Assembly (NCBI GenBank): GCA_002633005.1
Contig: NMRA01000058.1
Coordinates: 474,916 to 538,915, forward strand
DNA length: 64,000 nt
Direction of reading: 5' to 3'
From: Phoronis australis
Taxonomy: Eukaryota; Animalia; Phoronida
Of the stretch, positions 1-13,330 are shown piece by piece. Under the pieces are notes generated by a model. The model was given only the letters and a program-made list of their open reading frames with translations, searched no databases and was not told the origin of the DNA. Numbering within the stretch: the first letter of the stretch is position 1; each line of letters begins with the position of its first letter. The translations under genes and the position numbers were made by a program.

Positions 1-562
1 GCAACACCACCCACGTCGACACTCAGCGTCCTCTTGCAAGACACCTGACCTTATATTACCGACTTCTCTTATACATGCACAATTTCTGCACGGACTCCTC
101 AAGCTGAGTGCAGTGATGGCTTCGGTAGGGCTTGGCGTACTCAACTTAATTTTTTTGCAGATAGACAAACAGGCTCACGCTCGGAACAGGAGCTAGTTCA
201 CCATTTCACTACCAACTTTCACATGGTCAAAAATAGAATTGTTTTATTTTTGGTCTTGCTACAACACCAATATCAGCTGGTACATCACTCTCGATTGCCC
301 GGTTACGCAATGCTTGTTGACAGGGTTAGATTAGAGCCAGTGTCCTTGTATATAAGCTCCGCCCCACTTGTCAATCACTGAGCTGGTGAGCACTCAAGCC
401 ATATGACTTAATGAGGCTTGGTCAAATATAGCTAAAAAAACAACTTTGGATTTTCAGAATTTTATTTTTCTTCAGTATACTGTGCATCAAGAATTAAAGA
501 TTAGGATGACATAAAAATGTAAAAAACAATCAAAATTAATTTTTTTTGTGTATCCACCTACC
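1..562 (-). mobile_element. Probable 5' end of a Kolobok-like DNA transposon, continuing off the left edge
   Basis: On the minus strand the terminus reads TTAA|GGTAGGTGGATACAC (TTAA at 563-566, purine-purine start typical of Kolobok). A minus-strand open frame SSCSEREPVCLSAKKIKLSTPSP...CRNCAC runs off the edge. The other end is not visible. Confidence 0.4.
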
Positions 563-591
563 TTAAAAACTAAAGTTCACACTCTGTAATA

Positions 592-1763
592 ATGAAAGTG
601 CTCCGAGGAGCGACACCTAGCAAAATTAATTGAAAAAACGACGATAAAGATGACGACTAAGATGATATATAAGGCAATGATTGTGACGATGATGAGCATT
701 ATGATATCATTCATATGACGAACTTAGATGTCATAAACCAGTAAGAAATAGGCTACAGTCTTGAGTGACACTTGGCAAAATTAACTGAAAAGACGATGAC
801 AAATATGATGACGATGGTGATGAGGATGAACAACATTATAACATTCATATGATGAACTTAGATGTCATAAATCAGTAAGAAATAGGCTACAGTCTTGTTC
901 AATAGAAGCTTAACCAACATCAAAGCAGCAAAAACGCTCAACAAAGGAAGAGTGCTATCAGAAAAATACACACAATTCAAAAAGTAGACGTCCTAGCAAA
1001 AAATGGAAAGCATATTCTGAAAGCCCATTCAATTAAACTCTATCTCACTTGATGGTTTCGCAGCATTCGTAAATTTTTTGAAAAAAATTTTGCAGGTTTT
1101 TTTGGAATTCAAAGTGAAAGAACTCAAAAACGGTAAGTCTGAGAAAAAATTATTATAGTTAATTTGAAAGAGTATACCTCAGAGAATCCAAATGCAAAAA
1201 TTCACGTCATTTTCTCTTCCCATTTAAAATGCCATCCCAGCACGACTAAAAATGGGTCAATATGCGCCAGATCCGCCATCTGGGAAACAACTTCCAGTTT
1301 TTTTAACATAGAATAATAACTAGTTGTAAAAAACTATGTGAAAAATTTCGAAAAAATTGGTGCAATAATGTGCCCTCTACTGGAAAAAATGTTTTTTGAA
1401 CAAAATCGAAGTGTGCATGCGCCATGGCCGATATTTGCGTCATTTTTGACCAGAAGTAAATAATTTCCAGCGAATTTGTAACACATGGATACTTCATTAT
1501 TTCTACTGCTTTTCAGCTCTGAAAGTCAAAAATTACGGCTTCTATGAGCAATTGAATCTCAAATTGGAAACAAAATGGCCGCCATATCCTCCATCTTGGA
1601 TCCCATTATGACGAAAAACAATTGCGTTCCTCTACTCAAAGATGTACACCATGGGTGTAAATTTCCTGATGATTGGACAAAAATTGTGACCTGTGTTGTG
1701 CGAAAAAACAAAAAAAAACTTGGTGACAGAGCAACATACTTGGCGAATTTTATTTCGCCAACT
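592..1763 (+). mobile_element. Helentron-associated non-autonomous element (HINE/DINE-1-like), family H1, copy 1
   Basis: Starts gaaagtgctccgaggagcgacac, has GAT/GAC-rich microsatellite-like blocks and ends in the hairpin acttggcgaattttatttcgccaact. Homologous to 8409-10017 and, inverted, to 33617-34343. Confidence 0.65.
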
Positions 1764-1953
1764 AAAAAGAACTGTAGAATATGTTAGCCTAGGCAACACA
1801 GCAAATTATTCAATATCTGAACAAACCCAAAGTTTGGATAAATGACTGGGTTCTGCTATGGTGAAAATGGGCCAAAAAGGCTAACAAAATGTAGTGAACA
1901 TGTGGAATTCAATAACACAAATGGTCATTGGAAATGAAATTATTGCCTTTTAA

Positions 1954-4482
1954 AGTCCTGCTCTCAAACTGCCCATGTGGTTCTAGTATCCGAAAATACT
2001 TACTACATAAATTCTTATTTTCGACACCCTTTCTTTATATTCTTTTCGCCTTTCTTGCCAAAAGCAATTTTTTAACAGTATTCGACTCTTCTCTGTGAGC
2101 GTATAATTACCGGCTGTCATCGGTTATTTCCGTATTCAGTTTCGGATCAGTTCAGGAACGCTGCCATTTTTTCCTTGTAACTGAATGTGCTATGGCTTGC
2201 TCGAAAAGTCTTCATTATTTTCTTTTATTAGTAATATCTCGTGATTCGTTTGCATATATAGTGTACTTATAGTTTGTAGTCAGTGGTCGTTGATTTTTTT
2301 TGGAATGTTACGCGACTTAGTATGTTAAAATAGCATTGGTGTTTAGTTTCTTACGTAGGGCGGTCGAACCTAGAAACCAAAATGGATCGAACCAATTTTT
2401 TTCGGTTTTATTTTTTTTTTCTTCTTTTGAAAAAGTACTCTGCTATCATTGGAAAGGTAGTACATTCTACTCAGTAAAAATCGAAAAAGTATCAAAATCG
2501 GGGCAAGCAGTGTAAAGTTTTGTGGCGAAATTTGGGTCATTTTGTTTGGATCGCGTCGGCCACATTGGAGGACAGCGGGATAAGTTACGAGTTTAAAACT
2601 TTGTGTAAATTGTTTTCGCCAACAAATTATGGTGAAATTTAGTTAGACATATCTTTACTTACTATTCTGCACGATTCAACAGTGTTCACCAAATTTCAGC
2701 CTCGCAGTTGTTACTCATTAAGTGATAAATGTGCTCACAATTCCCGTTGGACTTCGTCTCATTTCTGGCGGCACCGACAACATGGCGACTTTTGCTGAAC
2801 TGAAAGGCATATTCAATCGGCTACTTTGTAATTTGTGAAGATTTAACGTTAATACATTTTGACAAACGTTGCTACAAAAATGAAACTTTGTTCAATTTTC
2901 GTGTTGTTTTTGCAAAAATATAAGATATATTCGAATTATTTTACTGTAAATTTCCCATTCAGGTGATCTTACACTAAGCTAAAAAAATAGTTGAAATAAT
3001 TTTGATATGGTCTTTTGTTTGACTGTCAACTGCTGTTCAAGACTTGATTCGGTGTCACAAAATGATTCATATTTTTTCTAAATTTTAAGTCTCAATTGCT
3101 TTCAAGTCAGGTTTTGTAACTTATTGCTTCTTAATTCAGGTTATCAAGTCAACAATATGAATAATCTTAATTTGAGAAATAAGCTATGTTGGATTGTGAA
3201 GCTTCAAGCCTCTAATTCTTGTTCCTTGCAAGTTCATATTTTTTTAAATGATGCTTGTCAAATTCTGGTGTAAGGAAACACTATTCCGTCACCATGGTAA
3301 TATTTACATGTATGTCCACTTTCATATCATGGAAATTGTTGCTGTTGAATAGTGTTTGTAATGCTAAATGTTGTAAAGTATTGTGCATTTTAAGTTACTT
3401 ATTATGTTAAAAGTTTGAATCATTTTGGGTTAATGAATAAAAAATGATAACATGTTGCATTGGACTTGTCATACTTATGTGCTCGAACGAGCCCCCTTTT
3501 TGGAGAACTGGAAAAAGGTCTGCCTCAGTCACAGAAGCACGAATTCCAGAAAAAGTGGAAAATGAGACAATATTCCACTAGAAGACAGGAAGTACCAAAA
3601 TTTATAGAGTCTGCAATTCACAGCTCTGAACATACCCACTGAATCTTATAGTAAAAGATAGACATTCCCAAAAATTCTTTTAGGCTTGGTGCGCTCATAC
3701 AAAGTCTGGGAAAATCTCTATTGAAAGCCAACAACTTTGCACAGTTCGCCAGAGGTACCCAAGTCCTAAATAAACCTCGTTTGAGCGAGCGCTGTCGCCA
3801 GCGACCAGTTAGGCCTAAGGGTAGCCTTGGCGCAAAGCTGTATAGGCCTACTAACAAGCTGTATTTTGACGATAGTCTTCACTGGTAGCTGGTGACAGGT
3901 TAACTAAGGTCTGCCGCGGCAGTGTGACACAGGACTAACCAGCCCGTAATTTCATGCAAGTGTCTGAAACTACCCTAGAATATATGCAGCATTTATCATT
4001 TGACCATTTTACTTCAACAAAACAGCTTGCAACCGCATGCATTTACCTTCACCAGTGTCTGGTCTCGATCCACACCGGGTCCGATAGGCTGCAGTCCCGA
4101 GTCTGGCAAAATAATTTCTGTCAAAATCTATTCGTCACATTTCTTCAGCAAATTCGATAAAATTGTCCGTAGTTTGATTTTATTAAAGTTAAGGCGCGCT
4201 GTCGATTATTTTATCCACGTTTGCTGGCTGGTAACAGTACAGGCACTGCTCCAGTTGCACTGACGGCGTATTCTCGGCCTGGGTTCCTGAATGAATTGTA
4301 CTTCCGAGTTCGTGGCAAGTTCAAAATGGCGGTAGTTCTTTGGGTGCGAATCGTGAGTGGCGCGTTCATTTAAACTTTTTTCGAGTACGGATCGTGTATT
4401 AGTTATGGGGTAGGTACTTCTTGGATCCTTATAACATCCTCTAACCATGTAATAAGGGTTAACAAGGTGTGAGAGCAGGACT
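1954..4482 (+). mobile_element. Non-autonomous Kolobok-type DNA transposon, family K1, copy 1 (about 2.5 kb)
   Basis: TIR AGTCCTGCTCTCA...TGAGAGCAGGACT with TTAA at 1950-1953 and 4483-4486. AG..CT termini plus a TTAA TSD match Kolobok. Two further copies are in the window. No long ORF. Confidence 0.85.
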
Positions 4483-4569
4483 TTAAATAACAACATGGTG
4501 CTTATTATCACCAAACAAAAATAAATAGCCATACAACATTATGTTACCATGTGATGCAGAAACAGTGAT

Positions 4570-5950
4570 GTAGTGTACGTACCCCCTTTTGTAGTGTAAG
4601 TACCCCCATGTTTACAAATGCCATGGAATTAAAATATCACTTGGTAAGTGAGCAACATTGGTCATAGACAGTTTCCTTCCTTGAAGATGTTAGGTTAAAA
4701 GTGTTTATTGCAAATACATTTGTTTTGAGTGAAATATTAGCGTTTGTGTAGCTTATGTACCTCGTATTTTAATTTTTGCCTATTTTCAAAGTATGGCAAA
4801 TATGCACATGAATGCTCAGGAGATTTTTAGTATTTAGTTACAAACCAGACATATCATTGAAATGTAGTGATCTACATACCCCTGTGTAGTGTACGTACCC
4901 CGATGTGAACAATTACCATGAAACAAAAATATTACATGGTAAATATGCAACAGCTTCCTCCATTAAAATGCTAGGTTAAAAGGGTGTTAATTACAAATGC
5001 ATTTGTTTAGAGTGAAATATTAGCATTTGTGTAGTGTACGTACAACTATATTTTAACATGTGCCTGTTTTCAAAGAATGACAGACAGGTATACACATTTA
5101 TGCTGTACTTTTTGTTTGTTCTCTTTGAAAAGATTTGGTACATGAACAATGCTGACATTTCTAAAATGCATCCAGTCTGACAAAACAAAAAACGATGGAC
5201 ATTATTAATTTTGTGGGAAATAAAATGCCACACAGGTCTTGGCTAGTAACATCCTAGAAGACATGTCATGTGACAACTGATGTTGGAGAGGCAGGTTCTC
5301 TATGTATCAAGACAAGTTAATGCAACAAAACAACTAGGAGAGGCAGCACAAAATCCGAGATCATCACATGTAACTTAGTCAAAATTTGACGTTGACTGAC
5401 TGTTTATAGTGTACGTACCCCCCAACCAGTACCATTTTTTACTGTTTGCAAGTTGAACACTGGGCGCAACATTGCTTTAACTATTTTGACCAACTGGTGA
5501 ATGTGTTGAAAACTAGGCAAATAGCACCAATAAAGTTTTTGAAAAAAGTAGTTACCTGTCCTTTTCTTTTTCTTAAGAATCATATTGCAAGAGAAGATAG
5601 TTCTCATAATACTGTGTTAAGACGAGCAATATATCATCATCTAGAACAACTTGATCAGCACGGTAATAATTTTTCTTACTTTAGTGTGTGATACTTCTTC
5701 AATTTGATCAAGAACTTAATAAACCAACAGCTGCCTTATGAATTTTTGCATGATAGAAGTGGGCTGTGACCACAAGTTGTAGTGTACGTACCCTTTTATG
5801 CAAATGCGATGCATTAGGCCACAAAATTTTATTCGGTGGTTCTTGTGCAAAAATATTTTAGATTACAAACCTGGAATGATGGTACTTTAAAACAACACAG
5901 CTTTTACAGTTATATGACAACCTTCACTTTTGGCCACCGAATATGGACCT
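4570..5950. repeat. Region with dispersed GTAGTGTACGTACCCC motifs, probably a degraded DNA-transposon derivative
   Basis: Motif variants near 4570, 4591, 4864, 4886, 5030, 5407 and 5779. An imperfect duplication of about 300 bp (about 4590-4790 vs 4885-5075). Ends not resolved. Confidence 0.4.
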
Positions 5951-6293
5951 TGATTGTGATTTGCCCGCGTGCATTAGTCAACGCATGTGCACTGTGCATT
6001 AGTCAGTGCATGCGCACTTCTATTTACAAATCTGATTAGACACTTGGCCCATTTCACAACATCTTGTCTATACCTTTTTACAATGCCTGCTGTAAAGAGG
6101 CCTATTTATCTAGGAGGTGGTCTAAAGTACTGTCCACACACAGATTTACCCTATAACAAGTTACTCCTGGAACAAGTAACTTGTCCTAGGGTAACGTGCA
6201 CCACCTTCAATCGCTGTGTGGCTGCAAACCTGCAACAGCAGTTCATTGTAATGCACAGAGCAACAACTTCTGCCTTGTGCTAGTTAGCTGAAT

Positions 6294-6295
<2 letters not shown>

Positions 6296-6352
<57 letters not shown>

Positions 6353-6369
6353 NTGTGTGTGTGTGTGTG
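6296..6369. repeat. (TG)n microsatellite
   Basis: About 36 TG units with one N. Confidence 0.98.
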
Positions 6370-6829
6370 GACACTCCGCTTAAATGGGGCAAACTGCACT
6401 AGTGCAGGTTTTTTTAGGTCTGTGTGTGAACAGGACTTCAATATCCTATTGCGTGGAGTGAAGCACGACAACAATGGTTTCGAAGCAATTAAACACATAC
6501 TGGCTACTGATGAATCGTGGATTGAAATTAGTGACTTGGAGCTGTTTGGATTCTGAAATTGAATTCCTCGAAAAAATTGTGCCAGGATCATTTTTCCTAA
6601 AAGAAATATGATAAAAATTAGCCAAAATAGATGTATTAGATTTGGTTTCTGTGAGTAACTCTTTGGACCAGATTGTTGGCCTGCGAGTCATGTTGATGGA
6701 CAAAGGAGCACAGGAACACTTTACAATGGACTAACTGCAGCAGGATTAAGAAACCATCATCTAGAGTAGAAAATAAGCCTGAGGTAATTCTATTATGAAT
6801 ACAAAAGTGTCATGGCTCCAAACAATTAC

Positions 6830-6919
6830 CTTTGTTCTTGTCCTTCTTTGAAAGATAGCTCCAGTTTCTTTTCAAGGGCTGTCTCGTGTTGCATAAGAAT
6901 TTCAGATGTGTTCTTCAAG
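6830..6919 (-). CDS. SIX6OS1: SIX6OS1/C14orf39-like gene, coding exon 4 (90 nt, phase 2-2): (S)LKNTSEILMQHETALEKKLELSFKEGQEQ
   Basis: Acceptor gttttgtatag| and donor |gtaatt. Only one frame is open and it joins exon 3 in phase. K.T......HE matches the recalled human KPTCDVFRKHE. Confidence 0.8.
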
Positions 6920-7069
6920 CTATACAAAACATCAAAACAAAAAGGTGTTGAGAACAGAAACATATATGTACTTTTTCATTCAAATTATTGGGGCACTAAA
7001 GGTAGGAAACTAATGCGGGTAGTGCCCAAATCAGACACGAGTCGTCCTCCAAATGCTAAAAACACTCCC

Positions 7070-10000
7070 TACCCACTAAACGAGATCTTGTCAAACCCCA
7101 CTGATCAGGAAAAACTGTGGGGTTTGGCTGATTGAACTAGACCATGTTTATCCACCTTGGCTGTGTCGTGCTCAGCTCACAATCAAAGGGATCCCGTCTA
7201 GCTGCGAGTATTCATCGAGTCACGAGCGAAGATAATTGGCTTCGCACATGCGGATATGATCAGCTGATTATAATCTAGCCAAGATGACCGTACTTTTTAC
7301 GGAGAGCGTTTTACATAGCTTTGAGTTTAATATTTGAAAAGAGACAAAAATGTTGATACAACTTTGAATTTTTCAAATCGGTCCAGACTAAGAGATTTAG
7401 CAACACAGCAACACTTGCGATTACTTTCAATCGGCGTGCACGAATACAAAAATATAGGACCCAGGAAGTTATTTAGATTTTGGAACACATGCATTGCAAT
7501 ATTCAAAATACGTTTATTATGACTTTTACACTGCAAAACGACGACGTTTAATTTCATTGTGCTCATTCATTGTCAACCGTCAAATCGGAAATTTCCGAGA
7601 TGTGAACTGCGGCGTGCGCGTATGTATACAAAACACGTGATTGTTATGTTCCTGAAGTATGAACATTAAGAAACTTTAGCATGCCGTTATTATTGACAGG
7701 GACACGATAAATCAAATTTGGATTTTGACGATAGTCTTGATATAGCGAGCTGGCTGACCGCTGCGTCAGTGTCTCCGTTAGACCCAGAAATTTCACACAG
7801 CCTGGGAAGTTCACCTCGTCACCTTGTCTCCAACATGTAGATCGAGCCTAGGACTATTAATGTTTTACTCCACGGTAGAGCTAACGACCTTCGGCCTGTG
7901 CACACAAAATCTGTCAGTTAACCGGCACTCACCTTGCACGTTGTAGCCGTTTAAGTGAAAAACATTCTAATAAACGCTGGATCACGCACAGGGTGAAAAA
8001 CAACAGCAGCGTTTAAATTGAAACTTTATTTTTACATCAGACATCAGTGTAAGTCTAGAAGAAGCTCAAATTGCTTGAACGCTGTGACAGATATTTCAAC
8101 TGAAAAACTGGCAGGTAACTACAACACATCCATCCTCTACAAGAATCAAGTGAAAAAAGGACCGGGTAGCTTTAAATTTCGTCCTGGCTAAGACATGGGT
8201 TATACTAAAACTATAAATGTAGCGTAGCCAAGCTGAAACACAAAATAAATAACAGAGGGCAGAACTAATAAACTTAAAATAATACAAACTCTCGACGAAA
8301 CAAACGCCATTGTTTCGCATAATCCTCCGCCTATTGTAACAAACAAGTTTGTCGTTGATGACCCGCACGCGCTCGCTCACTCACTCTCATACGCAGACGA
8401 ACTTCAAAACGAGAGCGCTCGGAGGAGCGACACTTGGTGAAATTACGCGAAAACAGGACGATGGGGAGGACGACGACGACAATCATGACGACTAGTGAGA
8501 AATGAACAATATCTTATGAAAGCCCGTTTAAAACTCTATCGACCTGTACAGATTTCTGATCGGTCAATATACATGGCAAGAAAATCCCGGCACACAAAAC
8601 TATTTGCAAAAATGCCAAATTTGACAATTTTCTCCCCAAAATAACCACTTCCCTGCAAGTGCTAGAAAAAGTCTGACTACAGATTCAAAATGCTCGTCCT
8701 CACTAAGTTCTAACTATGTGGTCATAGTTAGCCTTTTACTAGCTACTTTTGTGGCAAATTTGATCTGTCTGACAGCCACTTGAAATCACACCCGGTTTCT
8801 CGGACAACAAACGACAGGGGTTGATAGCAAATTACAGCCACCAGTTTGCATCAAAAATAGGTAAAACTTGGCTTTTCTCATTCAAAAACACAAGTAAATA
8901 AGTTTCCTGGCAATTGTTGTCAACAATTTCCTCAAACCACCCGTCAAACCTGACACACGCCCTCAACATAAATTCTAGGGACTAGAAAATGCTCCGTGGC
9001 CGCGGCCTGACTGTCAGTGCTACCTACAGTCTTGAGCGAAAACAGACAAAATTAACGACGATGATTGTGATGATGAAGGTGGCGATGACGAACAACATCA
9101 TAACATTCATACGACAAACTTAGATGTCATAAATTAGTAAGAAATAAGCTACATTCTTGTTCAAATAAACTAAACCAACATCAATGCAGTAAGAGCGCTG
9201 ACGAACAGCGCTATCAGAAAATCTCAAATAATTCAAAAGGTAGACATCCTAGTGAAAAATGGAAAACTTCTTCTGAAAGCCCATTCCAAACTCTACCTAG
9301 ATTCAGTTTCGCAACATTCCCTAACTTTTTTGAAAAAATTGAAATTTTGCGTTTTTTTTGAAATTCAAAGTCAAGTAACTGGAAAACGGTAAGTCTGAGA
9401 AAAACGATATCGTAGAACTTTTGAAAGACAGTACTTTAAGGATTCCACATACAAAAATTCACATCATTGGATCTTTCCGTTAAAAATGCGACACCAGAAC
9501 GATTGAAAACGAGTGAAAATGTGCCACAGCCGCCATCTTGAAGGTGACTTCCGGTTAAACAAAATTTTATAAAAGCTGATAAATAGCAATAAACAAGTGA
9601 CCAGTTTGAAATTGATTGGTTCGCCAATGCGCCCTCTACAGGAGAAAACATTTTTGGCCAGATATCGAGGTGTGCATGCGTCATTGTCAATATTTCCGCC
9701 ATCATTAACTGGAAGTCAAAGTTTTTCGGCACAGTTGTAGCACGTGTTCTATAATAATCGTACCACGTTTCAGCCCTGTATGTTGAAAAATGCGGCCTCT
9801 ATGAGCATTTGACGGTGAAATCGGAAACAAAATGGCCGCTACGTCCGCCATTTTCAACCGATCATAACCAAAAACAATAGGCCTCCAGCACTTTCCGATC
9901 TACACGACGTTTGCAAATTTCGTGAGAATCGGACGAAAATTGCACCTGTAGAGTGCGAACAAAAAAAAATTGACGACAGCAACATACTTGTCGGAATTCG

Positions 10001-10545
10001 AAGAATTTCGCCAAGTAACAAACGTCACGTGACAACAACATGTGTTTTCATCCAGAGATTTTTCTTGTGTTGTGGGGTACGATGTAGTGCAGATTTGGAC
10101 TTAATCGCAATTAGTACTCCAAATGAACTTTAAAAAGTGTAAAAAACAAGGAAGATTTCAGGTTTGTTGAGTCAAAACTATATTTTTATTCAAGAATTCA
10201 ACTTTTCCTATTGACGATCGCGATTCAGCGACGTATTAGTCGGCAAGTTTTCGCCCTGGGATTTCAGCACAATTTTTTGAATAATGATCGTAATTTCACA
10301 ACGGAGTTTGTTTCCAATGCACCACAATTTTGTAGAAAGACTGTCATAGGCTACAAATACGTCATAGAGCGTAAATTTGATGAATCCTAGCTTCCGATTT
10401 TACCCGTTTCGGACACCGGGTTTCAACTGCCTTAGGCTTCAATAAGCATCCCCTCCCCATGAAATGAATTTTTCTAAGTGTTAGAGCCAATCATCTTTCC
10501 ACCAAGGCTAGGTGATGCTATGCCATTATTCTTTGCTGCATTATT
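7070..10545 (+). mobile_element. CATG-terminus non-autonomous element, family A, end-degraded copy interrupted by HINE 8409-10017
   Basis: Colinear with 49177-50873. Contains an extra 330-bp block (7978-8307). The right end stops at the Sola3 TTAA site. Confidence 0.8.
8409..10017 (+). mobile_element. HINE/Helentron-like element, family H1, copy 2, inserted in an A-run (TT on the other strand)
   Basis: The empty site ttcaaaacaaacg is seen at about 50133-50146. Subterminal inverted repeat acttggtgaaatt / aatttcgccaagt, terminal hairpin and GAC/GAT repeats. Confidence 0.75.
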
Positions 10546-10548
10546 TAA

Positions 10549-13330
10549 GAGTGACTCCATATAAATCCAACAGGTAGAGTCTATACCCAAAATCACCGAT
10601 TTTTTTGAAACTTAGTGCATTAGTATGGTTTGTTGAGATGTAGAAAAACCTCACTTTTTAAGAATTTTCAACAAAATTGGGCATCGAAGTAAGCATGTTT
10701 GAATGCATTTTACTAGCATGAGTGATAAGGTCAAAACAAATGAATAATACGAATTGAAAGGGCAGTGGCTGAATAATTTAATGGCATAACTTTTAAAATC
10801 CATTTTTAAATTTGTACGTTTTGAATTTGTGAGGCAAAAACGGCTATTTCACTGATGCCATTTTCGGCCAAATTTGGCACTCTGTAGCAGCCATAATACA
10901 CCGTTCCTGAAATTGACTTTATAATAATTTGTTAAGTCATTCCTAACCTGTTCATAATCTAAAATAAAAAATCTTGCCTCTAATGTAGTTTTTGCGTACA
11001 ATGCATTACACAAACTGCACTTCGTCCTTTTGCATGTTCTCAGTTGCATCTGCTGCCAATAGGGGGCTCTTGGAACATATAATTAGCTTGCGAAACACGA
11101 CATAAAAACCTCGTATTTTGGAGAAAAGGCAGACAGCATTATTAATTACCATTCTCTGAAAACGGCATTGATGATTATTGCTCATTACAAAAAATATGTA
11201 AATACGTAAATTAACTGGCATGCGCGGTTCTAGATGATAGATAGCGCTGCTTTTGTTTACGTGGAGACTAAAGACGCATCTAGAATAAGAGCAGTAACAC
11301 AAAAACCTTGCTATAATTCAAGACTGTGAGATATTGCCCTGCATTATAAATGAGAACACATGGTTTTGGATAAATTTTAGAGAGGTTCTAGTGTGACTGA
11401 ACTCACCCGTGCCTTGTTTCATATCTGCCTTTTTCATGCCACAGGCAAAGGAAGGCACCCAAGGTGAATATGGCGCCCTAGTGTTCAGTGCAAAAAATCC
11501 TTCAACTTGTCAATAGTCTTTGTAACTTTGGGTACATATTGTAATGTCCCTCCTGGTTGCTACAAATTTTAGTCGCCACCAGTCGTCAGAAATCTGGTGT
11601 TCCCGCCCACACACCGGGCACACTAACGCTGAATATTTCTGCCAGTGTGATCATCAGTGGTATAAAAAGGTACACATTGAGTCAATAGAAAATAATTCTC
11701 GAGAGACAAGTTTATTAATGACTCATTCATGACAGACATGAAGTAAACAGAAGTAAAGGTCTCGACTTCATATATCACAAATCTTTGACTGGTATGCTAC
11801 AAAACTAGGATAAACGTTGAGCTCATTTACATGTACCACTTCATTCAGTAAATCTGACGACATAACAGCATCTTCAGCAGAAATAGCATCGTCATAAACA
11901 TTGCTGCAGACAACCTCGAAAAAATCCACCAATCTGCGATTCAATTAATATCACAGGTAAACACTTTCCCAGTGGGTTCTCGTAATCTTTTCTCCATTTT
12001 GGCACTTCCGAGGGTGAACGTTTTTACCTGATTTATCTCCTTCATCGAATATGTTCGTCAGAAAGTTCTTAACCTTTGCTCAAAATGCCAAACCTATTGC
12101 TTCAGTATTCGTCTCATCCAAATAGTACTCTGAGGCTGCCTCAAATGACGCTCCGGTTCTTGCATCTGAAAGCATTTCTAACCACTGTCGTGCGATGTGG
12201 TCATACGTGGTTTCCCTCTGTAAATGTTCAGTGTGGTTACCCACATCCAAATGCTGACCTAGTTCTGCGTCTGTAGCAAAAACTTTCGAGTAACCTAGAT
12301 AGATACAAGGGAACTTTTGTTGAGGCTCTTCACTAGATACAATGCCAACCTTAACTCTTGGTGCTGAAAATCCGCCATGTCTAGAGATGTTATTGTCTTT
12401 TAGGGAAATAGGTATCCCATTTTCTCAGTATTTGTAAGAACTTACCGTCACCTACTTGGAATGATTTCCACACGCGAATTCCTTGGGTGGAATAGTGGGA
12501 ATTTGGTAATGAGTATTTTGGAAAAGACTTTGTTGCATTGACTGAACATGCATACACATAACATCCCTTCACACGGCCACTGGAAAGTAATGCTTCTTTC
12601 AAATCCAGAAAGTTTATGATATTGCTACCTTTGGCTACAAAGTACTTTGCATGTTGTTTGAGTGGAGCGATCTTGTGATCACAGAGATCCTTTCCATTCT
12701 GACTTTCACTAAAGTCATATCTCGAAACAGAAATGTCGATAGAATTTGACAAGGCTGCTACGTTCAGGAGGAGAGGAGTAGAGTGGTAACATCCAGCATT
12801 ACCTGACTCTTCCATGGCTGGTCCTGTTCAGTCCGAAATTCACCGACTCTGGGTAGTACGAGTCCGTACTTTGGCACAGGCCTTGCTTTGTGAGGTAGTT
12901 TCCTGTATCTCAAATGTTCAGTGGTGTCTTTGACATAACTCACTAAAGCACAACGCTTTTGAGATCGGATTTTTTGCAGAATAAACTCTAAAGGAACATG
13001 AAGGCCCATCAACATCGTCCGCCATTTTGTCTTTTTAAAATGCACTTGCTTCTCTCAAAACCAGTCATTACAAATATCAATTCTTACTCGTTTAATCTTA
13101 AAGGCATTTATTTCCGTTTATAAGTTCTACAGAGTGTTTAACTTAAGCTGATAATGTAAAAGAAATGAAAGAATACAAGAGGGTTACACGTACATTTTTT
13201 ATATATCCTCAAGGTTAACCTCAACTGACTCCCTCAGTGGGCAAAGGTCATCCGGCTCATTTTTGATACTAGTCACGTAATAAACCCGGAAAACATCTTG
13301 TTTTCATTTGAAAGAGTTTAGACTTGGTTT
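10549..13330 (-). mobile_element. Degenerate Sola3-like DNA transposon with transposase remnants
   Basis: Left terminus TTAA|GAGTGACTCC (GAG start plus TTAA is the Sola3 pattern). ORF 12390-12815 contains GNAGCYHS...RYDFSESQNGKDLCDHKIAPLK, resembling the Sola3 transposase core. Many stops and frameshifts. Right end not found. Confidence 0.65.

Noticed and set aside
3460-4532. Recurrent short ORFs in Kolobok and family A copies
   Set aside because: Frames are not conserved between copies and show no recognisable domains. Recurrence reflects repeat copies.
6505-6535. Hammerhead-like CTGATGA...GAAA (also near 26401)
   Set aside because: Stem II is out of register and stems I and III do not form.
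6280-6591. HTHT / VCVC ORFs
   Set aside because: Microsatellite translations.
5150-6760. Minus-strand acceptors near 6760, 6597, 6229 and 5177 as exon 5
   Set aside because: Each gives an early stop or a peptide without similarity to the expected continuation. Exon 5 is probably left of the window.
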